Positions 1 through 9,856 of a stretch of DNA of 64,000 nucleotides are shown here, piece by piece. The notes under the pieces are model-generated. The model was not told the DNA's origin and did not search any database. It saw nothing but the letters and a program-made list of their open reading frames with translations. Each line of letters starts with the position of its first letter. Within the stretch, counting starts at the first letter, position 1. Both the position numbers and the translations under genes were made by a program. The stretch comes from Bacteroidales bacterium UBA6680. Lineage in GTDB: Bacteria > Bacteroidota > Bacteroidia > Bacteroidales > UBA6680. Location: positions 13,769 to 77,768 of the forward strand of contig DKJY01000130.1 in NCBI GenBank assembly GCA_002454955.1, given 5' to 3'.

Positions 1-45
1 CTTTAGTGTGTTTGTTAAATTTGTCAGAATCTGTTATTCAATTGT

Positions 46-73
46 AAAGGCAATCCGTTTATGGATTGCCTTT
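46..73. terminator. Stem-loop downstream of the lipoprotein gene (11-bp perfect stem)
   Basis: AAAGGCAATCC (46-56) pairs with GGATTGCCTTT (63-73). It lies just past the stop of the minus-strand CDS ending at 96. Flanking A/T runs are weak. Confidence 0.5.
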
Positions 74-95
74 AGTTTTAAACTGTTATGCCCAA

Positions 96-1541
96 TTAAT
101 TTTTATAAGTTAAAGTCCATCCTTTTGCCCAGTGGTTTGTAACGCCTGGCTCAAATGCTCCTTTATATGTTACATTGGTAAACCAGCTATCAAGCTCAGA
201 GAAATCAGCTCCTGAAGCTCCTGTTGAAGGAACTGGATTTGCCGGAGTAAGTGTATTTGAAGTCTCCTGGTTACTGAATGTTACATACTTTGTTGCTATA
301 TCTGTCTTCTTTGTAGATACATAAGCTGTCCAGGCTTTAGTAAGTAGCTGTTTTCCGTCAGTACTCTTAACTGCTTTACCATCTTTTACTGAATCGCCCG
401 GAGCTGATACTGTAAAGAACTTCTCTTTTACATTAAAGAATACCGAATTCTTTACAACAAGGTTACCTGCTTCTAGCTGAGAGTAGCTACACTGCGAGTG
501 CGAAACAGATGATGAACTTTTATCTTTAAGCAGCTCTATATCTATACCTTTTGACTGATTTGCAAATATTGAATTGTAATACTTACCACCTGCGTTATCG
601 CGGAATGTAATAACCTTTTTTCCTGCATCAACTCCTCTACCAATATATGTAGCATTACTTACATTTGGTACAGCATAAGGTTGTGCTGTTTCAGGATCAG
701 TTCCTCCATCGTGCTCACCCATTCTGTCGCCGGCTGCCGGATCTTGAACTGCTACCCAAAACTGACCAAAGCCACGGTACCCTTCATCATAATCGTAACA
801 ATCGTCGCCACAATTAGATACCAATATATGTTTAGCTCTTGGCATTCCTCCAAAAAACTCAACACCATCATCGGCATTTGCCACAACCTCTATATAATCT
901 ATTGTTGTTCCGGAACCAACACCACCAAGTGTTAATCCGTTAATCTCATTTCCCTCGCCAATATCAGTACCTCCATGACGAATAGAGATGTACTTTAATG
1001 TACCTGAATTATCATCATTAGAACTTCCACCATATAAACCTCTGGTCTCTGTTGTTGGAATTCCCTCTATTGCACTCTCGCCAGGAGTTGAGTTAAGACC
1101 AGCACTACCAAGAACTATTACTCCACCCCAAAGACCACGCTCTGTAAGCGGTATATTACCATTTAACTGATCTGCCTCTGCTGTAAAGATAATAGGCTTT
1201 GCCTCTGTTCCTACTGCATTAACCTTACCACCACGCGCTACAATAAAAGCACTTGCATTCTCTTCCTGACCCGGTTTACCTTTAATTACTGTTCCGGCTT
1301 CAATTGTAAGAGTCTGTCCGTTATTAACAAAAACAAGTCCGTCAAGCACATACGTTTTACCCGCTGTCCAGGTCATTGTTCCGGTACCTTGTCCCTTATC
1401 CTTTACTGTAACAACGTTATTTACCTCAGTATAAGTTGTTGCCAAGGGATCTGTTTTCTTCTTATCGTCCTTTTCACAAGAAGTAAGGGTTAGTGCTACT
1501 AATACAACACCCAAAATTGTAACTGTTAATTTACTTTTCAT
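96..1541 (-). CDS. Lipoprotein with a predicted right-handed parallel beta-helix-like repeat region (function unknown)
   Basis: The ORF track gives 96..1580 from a GTG. The in-frame ATG at 1541 gives MKSKLTVTILGVVLVALTLTSCEKDD, a classic lipoprotein signal plus lipobox Cys. The Gly/Asp/Asn-rich segment (GGTDIGEGNEINGLTLGGVGSGTTIDYIEV...DDGVEFFGG) is typical of beta-helix surface proteins. Confidence 0.7.
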   Translation of the reverse strand: MKSKLTVTILGVVLVALTLTSCEKDDKKKTDPLATTYTEVNNVVTVKDKGQGTGTMTWTAGKTYVLDGLVFVNNGQTLTIEAGTVIKGKPGQEENASAFIVARGGKVNAVGTEAKPIIFTAEADQLNGNIPLTERGLWGGVIVLGSAGLNSTPGESAIEGIPTTETRGLYGGSSNDDNSGTLKYISIRHGGTDIGEGNEINGLTLGGVGSGTTIDYIEVVANADDGVEFFGGMPRAKHILVSNCGDDCYDYDEGYRGFGQFWVAVQDPAAGDRMGEHDGGTDPETAQPYAVPNVSNATYIGRGVDAGKKVITFRDNAGGKYYNSIFANQSKGIDIELLKDKSSSSVSHSQCSYSQLEAGNLVVKNSVFFNVKEKFFTVSAPGDSVKDGKAVKSTDGKQLLTKAWTAYVSTKKTDIATKYVTFSNQETSNTLTPANPVPSTGASGADFSELDSWFTNVTYKGAFEPGVTNHWAKGWTLTYKN

Positions 1542-1865
1542 CTGTTTATAATTTTTTTTAGTTGTCAGATGGAACTTCACATAATTTAATCATTCTCGTG
1601 TGCAGAAAATTTTTAGCTCATGTCAGTTTCATCATAAGTAATTTTTAAATTGGTTACTCTAAATTTCTTTTAATTTCGTTTTCACTGTTTTTGAATACAT
1701 TGCAAATTAAATACAGCAGGATTAACCACACTTTACTCAAAAATTATGGTTAGGTTAAGTAAATGGGATACTTAAATTGTTTTTCTTAACTTTAGCTTAA
1801 TATTGCATACGTTTATGTTTATTATTATTGCATTAGAAAACATACATTCAAATTAACACAGGGAT

Positions 1866-2546
1866 ATGGAAAATTCAGATTACAGAATATTACTTGTTGA
1901 TGACGAAGAAGATATTCTTGACTTTGTTGGTTACAACCTTAAAAAAGAGGGGTACAAAGTATTTACAGCAAATAATGGTAAAGAGGCACTTAAAAGAGTA
2001 GAAGATATTAATCCTCATCTAATTATTCTTGATGTAATGATGCCTGAACTGGATGGTATTGAAACATGCGAAGCTATAAGAGAGATAGATGGTATGGAGA
2101 ATGTAATTATTGCATTCCTTACTGCACGAAATGAAGATTACTCGCAGATAGCAGGTTTTGATGCCGGTGGCGACGACTACATAAACAAGCCAATAAAACC
2201 AAAGGTTTTGATTAGCAGAGTTAAAGCTCTACTTAAAAGGGTTGGTAGTAAAACTCCTGAAGAGATAGAACCAGTACACGGAATTGTTGTAGACAAAGAG
2301 AGATATATAATTATACAGGACGATAAAGAATTGAGCCTGCCAAAGAAAGAGTTTGAACTTTTAGCTCTTCTACACTCAAAACCAGATAAAGTATTTACAA
2401 GAGAAGAGATATATACAAAGGTGTGGGGCGATGAGATTATTGTAGGAGACAGAACCATTGATGTACACATCAGAAAGCTAAGAGAGAAACTTGGCGATGA
2501 ATATATTAGAACTGTAAAAGGAGTTGGTTATAAGTTTATTGCTTAA
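1866..2546 (+). CDS. OmpR/PhoB-family response regulator (receiver plus winged-helix); no cognate kinase is adjacent
   Basis: The receiver motifs are LLVDDEEDI, IILDVMMPELDG and INKPIKP. The C-terminal Trans_reg_C-like segment is ELSLPKKEFELLALL...DRTIDVHIRKLREKL...TVKGVGYKF. Confidence 0.92.
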   Translation: MENSDYRILLVDDEEDILDFVGYNLKKEGYKVFTANNGKEALKRVEDINPHLIILDVMMPELDGIETCEAIREIDGMENVIIAFLTARNEDYSQIAGFDAGGDDYINKPIKPKVLISRVKALLKRVGSKTPEEIEPVHGIVVDKERYIIIQDDKELSLPKKEFELLALLHSKPDKVFTREEIYTKVWGDEIIVGDRTIDVHIRKLREKLGDEYIRTVKGVGYKFIA

Positions 2547-2570
2547 AAAAAAGAGATAAACATATATCAA

Positions 2571-2596
2571 GGTGTCATTCTAGTGACACCTTTTTT
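2571..2596 (+). terminator. Rho-independent terminator of the response-regulator gene
   Basis: GGTGTCA ttctag TGACACC is followed by TTTTTT. Confidence 0.75.
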
Positions 2597-2607
2597 ATTA
2601 TAAAATA

Positions 2608-2827
2608 AAAAGCAGGCGTGGTTTCTGGTAAAAGCACACGTAGTTTCTGGTAAAAGCACACGTGGTTTTGAGTAAAAGCAGGCGTGGTTTCAGGTAAAAG
2701 CAGGCGTGGTTTCTGGTAAAAGCACACGTAGTTTCTGGTAAAAGCACACGTGGTTTTGAGTAAAAGCAGGCGTGGTTTTGAGTAAAAGCAGGCGTGGTTT
2801 CAGGTAAAAGCAGGCGTGGTTTTGGGA
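2608..2827. repeat. Tandem direct repeat, 10 units of exactly 22 bp (AAAAGCA[GG/CA]CGT[G/A]GTTT[CTG/TGA/CAG]GT)
   Basis: I counted unit starts at 2608, 2630, 2652 and so on to 2806. Units 5-7 are identical to units 1-3, which gives an 88-bp higher-order period. No unique spacers are present. Confidence 0.95.
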
Positions 2828-3100
2828 AACGGAGCAGTTGTTACAGATTATAACTATATTTTATCACATTCTATCAAAAAACTATTATAACAAAAAACAC
2901 CCATGTAACTGATACAAAAATTATGGTTCCTTATACAATTTTCCGAACAAAATGCCCAGTCATACGTATAACAGTTTGCAAACTTTAAGTATACTTTTAT
3001 ATTCTTTTTGGTTACAAAGAGTTACATAACGTAATATATGTATCAAAAGGAACATTTTTTATAATTATATTTGAGCATTGTTTTACTAATTATTAGTAGT

Positions 3101-6100
3101 ATGAACGAAATTTTACTCCGACAAATTACGACAAAAATAGGGAAGCTTCTCTTTATTATTTCTTTAGCATTAATATCATTTGAGAATGCATACTCTCAAC
3201 TTGATATGACTCACTATATTCCGCCTGCATGGGCAGCCGACAGGACATCTGGTGACTATAAAGATCATGCTATTGTTCTCTCAACGGGAGAGACAACTCC
3301 GTTTAATGTTACTCTTACAAATGGTGATGGAACATGGACAACAACCGTATCTATTAGTAAAAGTACTCCCAGAATAATTAATATGGGCGTTGTATCTTTT
3401 TCTGGTCCTTCAGGTCTAAGAGTTGAGAACAACGTTATTGGTGTTATTGGCGATGGACAGGTTAATATAACACTACCAAACGAAGGTATAATTGCCACAG
3501 GTAGTAAACCATTTTTTGTAAGTATCAGACACCGGTCAAATGCACAGGGAGGTATTATGACCTCTAAAGGAACTGTTGGTTTAGGACGTTCATTCTACTC
3601 AGGACATATGTACGGAGTGCGAGAAAATACCGCTGCAAGAGATTTGCACTTTATGTCTGTAATGGCTACAGAGGATAATACATTTATATCATATGATAAT
3701 CCGGGTGTAAGATTCAACGGTAACAATGTTGGTACAATAATAGGTGGTAGAGCAGGTATAAGACTTAACAGAGGTGAGTCATATGTATTTGGTGCTACAT
3801 TTGATGATCTGAACAACAATACCAATACCATTAATACAATGAATGGTACCCACATAACCTCTAATAAACCCGTAGCAGTGATTACAGGATCGTGGTGTTC
3901 ATCTGCATCAAGATCTACCAGAGATATGGGGTTTGACCAGATTGTACCAGATAATATTGTTGCCGATGAATATATTGTACAGAGAGGTTTTGGAAGAAAC
4001 AGTGTTGAGAAGGTGATTGTTGTTGCAGCAGAAGATAATGTTCAGTTGAGCCTTAATGGTGGTGGCTGGGGTAATACAATGACTAATGCCGGAGATTATG
4101 TAATACTTAATGAGAATGAATATGACAGTAATAACAACCTACATATTCTTGCCTCAGATAATATATATGTATATCAAACACTATTTGGTAGTACCAGTAC
4201 TGCCACCGGAGGATTTAGTTTTATTCCTCCACTTAAATGTACTGCCGATCACTCTGCAAATATATCATATGCAAACACATTGGTTAATCTGGGAAATACA
4301 GTAAATCCAATTATCAATATTATTACTCAGGAAGGGTCGCAGGTTTCTATAAATGGTACAAATGTACCAAAGGCATGGGCTAAAACGGTTTCCGGAAATA
4401 TATACTGGGAGACCTATTCTATTTCTAAGAATCAGCTACAGAACACATTTGGCGCTGTGGCAAATAACTGGAACTTTGAGGTTAGCTCTGAGGGAGCTAT
4501 TAATGTTTCGTTATCGGTTGAGAGTAGTATTGTTGGTGCTGGTGGTTACTACTCCGGATTTGGAGATAAACCTCAGATTGCCGGTAGACCTCACATTACA
4601 GGAGGGGCACTATGCGCAGGTGATATGGATCTGAATGTTGATGCAGGACTGTTCCCTTCATATAACTGGTATAACAACGGTGTTCAGATTCCTGGAGAAC
4701 ACAATGCAATTATTACTATTACAGATCCGGGAAGATATATGGCTACAGGACTTACTCCATGTAATGGTGGATGGATTGAGACATTCCCTTCTAACGCCAT
4801 TGTGGTAAGACCTTGTCTGGAGATTGCCAGCAAGATTGTGAATGAGGCCGATGGTACAATTCAGGTAAGGGTTAACCTTACACATGCAATTACTGATCCG
4901 GTAACATTCTACCTTTCAACAACTGCAGAGACTGCCGGACTTAATCAGGATTTTGGATCGGTTCAGAATACATTTACAATTCCGGCAGGCGATGATTATG
5001 TTGATGTTGATATTAATATAACTCAGGATCTGCTTGCTGAACCTGACGAAACATTTAAGGTTAATATATCGGTACCTACAAATGCTAATATAAATGTTGA
5101 TCAGGCAACCATTACAATTCAGGACGATGGTGACCCTAAACCGGATGTTACTACAACAACTGAGATTAGGGTTAACGAGGATGATCCGGCTGGTAAGTTC
5201 ACGGTTACTGTATCGCTTGATAAACCCAGTGGCTACACTACTGAGGTGGATGTGGCTGCTATTTCGCAAACTGCTACTGTTGGAATAGATGTTTTTGGGA
5301 CTATTCCGTCTAAATTAACATTTGATCCGGAAGAAACTACTAAATCCTTTGAGATATCTATTAATAACGATCCTGTGTACGAGCCTGAAGCTGCCGGATA
5401 TGAATATTTTGAGTTACAACTATCTAACTTCACAAATACAATATCTACAACGCCTATTACCGTGCAAGTGAAGATATACGATGATGAAACTCCTCCGGTT
5501 CTTACAATATCTGATCAGTCAGCCACCGAAGGAAATAATCTGCACTTTCTTGGTACTCTATCGCATACATGTAGTAAGAACATTACTATAGATTATATTA
5601 CCAGTGATTTAACTGCTAATCACCCTACTGATTATACTGGATTTCCGGTTAAGCAGACATATACCATTGCACCGGGTGCCAATACGCTTACTATAAATAT
5701 ACCGGCTATTGACGATGGTGTATCTGAAACTACTGAGAGCTTTAACCTTATACTCTCTGATCCGGTTAACTGTAATATTGGTACTAATCCGCTTACTCTA
5801 AAGGGCGATATATTCGACAGAAATGGTAAACCAAACCTTATTATTGAGGATAGTACTGCTATTGAGGGAGATAAAATTGCATTCAGAGCACATCTGTCTA
5901 TACCTAGTAGTTCGGATGTATCGTTTACATTTGTTACATCTAATGGTACTGCTACAGGAGCTGTTGATTATGAGCAGGTAGCTACAGACAGAACTATTAC
6001 AATTCCTGCTGGGACTATAAAAACATTCTTTGAGTTAAATACTACACAAGATGTTCTGGAAGAGGGTAATGAGACATTCTTTATAGATATTACATCATCA

Positions 6101-8134
6101 TCGCCACTGGTTGACCTGAATAACAATCAGGCTACCGGTACTATTATTGACGATGATGAGACTCCTGATGCAAGAGACGATGGCTTTAATATTGATGAAG
6201 ATAGCGCTACGCCTCTTAATGGAGATGTGAAGACTAATGATCTGGGATTAGGTGATACCCCGGTTACATTTGCTGTGGTTACTCCTTTAAACATAAACGG
6301 TACTCTTACATTCAATAACGATGGTACTTTCAGTTATACACCTGATCCGGACTTTAACGGCCCTGATACTTTTGATTATGAGGTTACTGATGCTGACGGG
6401 GATACTGATATTGCTACTGTAACAATTACCGTAAATCCTGTTAACGATACTCCTGTGGCAAATCCTGATACTTTTGGTCCTATTGAGGAGTTTACAAATC
6501 CGGCATATACTCAACTATCAGGTAATGTTATTACAAACGACACTGGACTGGGCGATAATGCACTTGTATATCTATCTAAGAACGTTGATAACGGAACATT
6601 GGTTATTAATAACGATGGGACTTTTACATACGATCCGAATCCTCAATTCTTTGGGAATGACTCGTTTGAATATTATCTCAGAGATGATGACGGGAATACA
6701 TCTGCTGTGGCTGTATGTTCTTTCTCTGTAAGTTTCTATAACGATGCCGCTCCGGTTGCAAATAACGATAACTACTCTACTGCTGAGGACACAAGCATAG
6801 ATATGCCTGTTCTCCAAAACGATTCTGATTTGGATGGTAATGCTACTATTGATAAGGGAGCTATTGTTATTACTACTCCTCCGTCTGACGGATCCTTATC
6901 TATTGATTATACTACCGGGGTTATTACATATACGCCGGATCTGAACTACAACGGACCGGATATGTTCAGATACAAGGTATACGATATGGTGATTGACGGA
7001 AACCCTAGTAAAGAGTCGAACATTGCTACGGTAAATATAAATATTACTACCAGTAATGACCCGCCTGTAGCAATATGTAAAGATATTACTGTTGATCTGG
7101 ATGCTACTGGTAAATATATTATGAATGCATCTGAGATAGACGATGGGTCATATGATCCTGAAGGTTCTGCTATAACTCTAAGAATTGATGGAAACGCTAC
7201 TAAGACATTTACAGGAGCAGATATAGGTACTCAATCTGTTAGGCTAACAGTTATTGATGATCTGTTTGCTAGCTCTTTCTGCGATGCTCTTGTTACTGTC
7301 AGAGATATGATAGATCCTACTGTTACTCAGTGCCAGAGTAATATTACTGTATATTGCGGACCGGCTGATGCTGGTAAGGTTGTTAACTATACTGTTCCCA
7401 GATTTGCTGATAATGTTGACGGTACTAATCTGTTGGGGAACCTTACAGAAGGACTTAGTTCCGGATCGGCATTCCCGGTTGGTGTTACTACTGTTACATA
7501 CTCATATACTGATGGGGCAGGAAATGGTCCTGCAACTTGTAGCTTTGATGTTGAAGTTATCAGAGATAATATAGCTCCGAATATAACTTGTCCCGGAGAG
7601 ACTACTCTTACTACAAATACTCCTGGTGGTATATATACTGTTGTTGGCGATGGACTTAATGCTACCGCTATTGATGCACAGGGAATACAATCTGTTGAGC
7701 ACGATTATGGTGTAGGCGGGCCTACTCTTAACGGTGTAACTTTTGCTATTGGAGATTACACAATTACATGGACTGCTACTGATATTTTTGGTAATACTTC
7801 TACCTGTTATCTTACTCTGCATATTATACCAAACATGACTGTTGCTATTACTAGCAGTGTTACTGGTAATGAGATATGTGAGGGCGACAACATTACATTT
7901 ACCGCTATGCCTACGGGTGGTTCAGGAACTATTACATATACATTCTATGTAGATAATGTTGTGCAAACAGTTGGGGTTACAGGTAATGTTTTCTCTACAT
8001 CTGCTCTTACAGACGGACAACAAGTGCATGTTGATGCTACCGATAATTACGGCACTGTTTCAAGTGCAAAGATTACTGTTACTGTACACGAAAGACCTAT
8101 TAGCGGTTCCATATATATTATACCGAATCCTTAA
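3101..8134 (+). CDS. Giant cell-surface/adhesin-like protein with a beta-helix-like N-terminal domain, Calx-beta-like repeats, cadherin/VCBS-like repeats, HYR and Ig-like domains; no C-terminal T9SS sorting domain
   Basis: The ORF track starts at a TTG at 3071. The ATG at 3101 gives a signal-like N-terminus (MNEILLRQITTKIGKLLFIISLALISFENAYSQ). Calx-beta-like modules include DFGSVQNTFTIPAGDDYVDVDINITQDLLAEPDETF. Repeated NDxPVA...DGSxTYTPxxNFNGxDxFxY modules are present. HYR-like segments include DPTVTQC...VGVTTVTYSYTDGAGNGPATCSFDV. Confidence 0.85.
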   Translation: MNEILLRQITTKIGKLLFIISLALISFENAYSQLDMTHYIPPAWAADRTSGDYKDHAIVLSTGETTPFNVTLTNGDGTWTTTVSISKSTPRIINMGVVSFSGPSGLRVENNVIGVIGDGQVNITLPNEGIIATGSKPFFVSIRHRSNAQGGIMTSKGTVGLGRSFYSGHMYGVRENTAARDLHFMSVMATEDNTFISYDNPGVRFNGNNVGTIIGGRAGIRLNRGESYVFGATFDDLNNNTNTINTMNGTHITSNKPVAVITGSWCSSASRSTRDMGFDQIVPDNIVADEYIVQRGFGRNSVEKVIVVAAEDNVQLSLNGGGWGNTMTNAGDYVILNENEYDSNNNLHILASDNIYVYQTLFGSTSTATGGFSFIPPLKCTADHSANISYANTLVNLGNTVNPIINIITQEGSQVSINGTNVPKAWAKTVSGNIYWETYSISKNQLQNTFGAVANNWNFEVSSEGAINVSLSVESSIVGAGGYYSGFGDKPQIAGRPHITGGALCAGDMDLNVDAGLFPSYNWYNNGVQIPGEHNAIITITDPGRYMATGLTPCNGGWIETFPSNAIVVRPCLEIASKIVNEADGTIQVRVNLTHAITDPVTFYLSTTAETAGLNQDFGSVQNTFTIPAGDDYVDVDINITQDLLAEPDETFKVNISVPTNANINVDQATITIQDDGDPKPDVTTTTEIRVNEDDPAGKFTVTVSLDKPSGYTTEVDVAAISQTATVGIDVFGTIPSKLTFDPEETTKSFEISINNDPVYEPEAAGYEYFELQLSNFTNTISTTPITVQVKIYDDETPPVLTISDQSATEGNNLHFLGTLSHTCSKNITIDYITSDLTANHPTDYTGFPVKQTYTIAPGANTLTINIPAIDDGVSETTESFNLILSDPVNCNIGTNPLTLKGDIFDRNGKPNLIIEDSTAIEGDKIAFRAHLSIPSSSDVSFTFVTSNGTATGAVDYEQVATDRTITIPAGTIKTFFELNTTQDVLEEGNETFFIDITSSSPLVDLNNNQATGTIIDDDETPDARDDGFNIDEDSATPLNGDVKTNDLGLGDTPVTFAVVTPLNINGTLTFNNDGTFSYTPDPDFNGPDTFDYEVTDADGDTDIATVTITVNPVNDTPVANPDTFGPIEEFTNPAYTQLSGNVITNDTGLGDNALVYLSKNVDNGTLVINNDGTFTYDPNPQFFGNDSFEYYLRDDDGNTSAVAVCSFSVSFYNDAAPVANNDNYSTAEDTSIDMPVLQNDSDLDGNATIDKGAIVITTPPSDGSLSIDYTTGVITYTPDLNYNGPDMFRYKVYDMVIDGNPSKESNIATVNINITTSNDPPVAICKDITVDLDATGKYIMNASEIDDGSYDPEGSAITLRIDGNATKTFTGADIGTQSVRLTVIDDLFASSFCDALVTVRDMIDPTVTQCQSNITVYCGPADAGKVVNYTVPRFADNVDGTNLLGNLTEGLSSGSAFPVGVTTVTYSYTDGAGNGPATCSFDVEVIRDNIAPNITCPGETTLTTNTPGGIYTVVGDGLNATAIDAQGIQSVEHDYGVGGPTLNGVTFAIGDYTITWTATDIFGNTSTCYLTLHIIPNMTVAITSSVTGNEICEGDNITFTAMPTGGSGTITYTFYVDNVVQTVGVTGNVFSTSALTDGQQVHVDATDNYGTVSSAKITVTVHERPISGSIYIIPNP

Positions 8135-8155
8135 AGATATTATTCTACTCTCTGA

Positions 8156-8191
8156 AAGGGCAGAACTACAATATGTAGTCTGCCTTTTTTT
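8156..8191 (+). terminator. Rho-independent terminator directly after the giant surface-protein gene
   Basis: GGCAGAaCTAC pairs with GTAGTCTGCC (10 bp, one bulge) and is followed by a T7 run. Confidence 0.75.
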
Positions 8192-8266
8192 GTATTCTAA
8201 ACATCATGAAAACCTATTCTCATTTTATTCGTACAACCAAATCGTAAACCAATAAAAGAATATATT

Positions 8267-9730
8267 ATGAGAACCTTTTTTGCAATCATTGTACTTCTAT
8301 CAATCAATTTACTAAGCTCTAATGCTAAAGAATACGGCAAAGTGTATGTAACCGATTTTGTATTCATTTTACAAGATAATCTGGAATACAATATTAATCT
8401 ATCTTCTTTTCCTGATTATATAAGTAACGATCAAGACTTTAAATACAAAGTAAAAGAAATGACAATAAAAACTATTAAAGATAAATGGGGTGCTAAAGAG
8501 ATAATATTTCATGAAGACAGAGATTTTATGTTTTTTGCCAGTTTCTTTGCCTCTGTTGAGTCAGGAAAGGAACCAGCTTTAAATAGCATGGTAAAAGGTA
8601 TGAAAAAGAAGGAGGAAGGAAAAGGTAATTTTTGGCAACCATATTATACTCCAAAATTTAATAAACTGTATAAAAACAGAGAAGGTGGTGCCGACCTATA
8701 TGTATCTATTGTAACAAAATTACAGGTAAATAATTTCATTACACCAAAAGGTCCTAAATATCAGTTACTATTTGCTGTTAAAGCAAGAAATACCGAAAAG
8801 AAGAAGAATAGGGTATTTAAAAAGAATGTAAAACAAAATTTTCATGTAATTACTAGTCAGGAATATATTAATGCACCTGAGTATATAACAAAAGATGAAT
8901 TTGAGAAGGAGTTCTTAGCGCTTTATCCAGAAGCTTTTATTGATAAAAAACAGAAAAAGGCAGAGTCTAAATCATTTACGCGAAATATGTTTGCTCAGTA
9001 CAAAGATTTCTTTGAAAATAGAGATATTAAAAAATACTATGTAACAAGCCCGGCATATCCGAATTTTGAAACAGATAAACCTGAATTTGATATCCTCGCT
9101 AAGAGAGGTAAAAAGTTTAAACCATACAGCGTAATTAAAGCCACAGACGACGATTTTAGAGGTATTGGCAACGTAGGTAAAAAGTTTTCTGAAGCTAACA
9201 CCAAACACTCATACTATAAGATAAAAAACAAGCTCGATAAGAATACTTATAGAGTAGAGGTAATACTATTTCCTAAATCAGAAGATTTTAATAATTGGCT
9301 AAACAATAAGGTAAAGAAGGCTATATCAGGTAAAGAGTTGAAGAATTGGGATAGAACAGATGAGGTTATTGTAAGAATAGATAAGGCTGATTATCCTTTA
9401 AAGGTTAATTTTAAGGATATACAATACGGTACAGCTATGTTGAGTACATATGATATTGCTGGCGATATTCAGGGTACAGTATATAAGTACTCATATGGTC
9501 CTAGCAATGCTGTTATACACGAAATAACCATGAATGGCAAGTTAGTAGCATTAGCTCAATATGCGGGTTATGAGGTAGATAAAAAACAGGGTAAGGTATA
9601 TAAAAGAGCTGTATTTGTGGATCTGGATGTTGACGAAGCTTCGATACCAAAGATTTTTAACTTCTTTGTCATTGCCAGTTTGTATGACAATACAGTATAC
9701 TGGAACTCTAAAAACTCAGGTTTGTTTTAA
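8267..9730 (+). CDS. Secreted Lys-rich protein of unknown function
   Basis: This is a long ORF with an N-terminal signal peptide (MRTFFAIIVLLSINLLSSNA). I recognise no family motif. Confidence 0.6.
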   Translation: MRTFFAIIVLLSINLLSSNAKEYGKVYVTDFVFILQDNLEYNINLSSFPDYISNDQDFKYKVKEMTIKTIKDKWGAKEIIFHEDRDFMFFASFFASVESGKEPALNSMVKGMKKKEEGKGNFWQPYYTPKFNKLYKNREGGADLYVSIVTKLQVNNFITPKGPKYQLLFAVKARNTEKKKNRVFKKNVKQNFHVITSQEYINAPEYITKDEFEKEFLALYPEAFIDKKQKKAESKSFTRNMFAQYKDFFENRDIKKYYVTSPAYPNFETDKPEFDILAKRGKKFKPYSVIKATDDDFRGIGNVGKKFSEANTKHSYYKIKNKLDKNTYRVEVILFPKSEDFNNWLNNKVKKAISGKELKNWDRTDEVIVRIDKADYPLKVNFKDIQYGTAMLSTYDIAGDIQGTVYKYSYGPSNAVIHEITMNGKLVALAQYAGYEVDKKQGKVYKRAVFVDLDVDEASIPKIFNFFVIASLYDNTVYWNSKNSGLF

Positions 9731-9737
9731 ACAAATA

Positions 9738-9775
9738 GTATCATAAGTCAGAGGTTAATATCTGACTTATGATAC
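9738..9775 (+). terminator. Perfect 15-bp stem-loop after the 8267..9730 gene
   Basis: GTATCATAAGTCAGA ggttaata TCTGACTTATGATAC. There is no clear T-tract, so terminator function is uncertain. Confidence 0.45.
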
Positions 9776-9856
9776 CTATATATAATGAAAAATCAATCAA
9801 TATTATTTGATAATCACACTCATTTTTATTAACTTATATTACCAGACAAAACATTT

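Noticed and set aside
2608-2827. Possible CRISPR array (also considered for 53401-54300)
   Set aside because: Both arrays are head-to-tail repeats with no unique spacers between the repeat units, and no cas genes are in the window.
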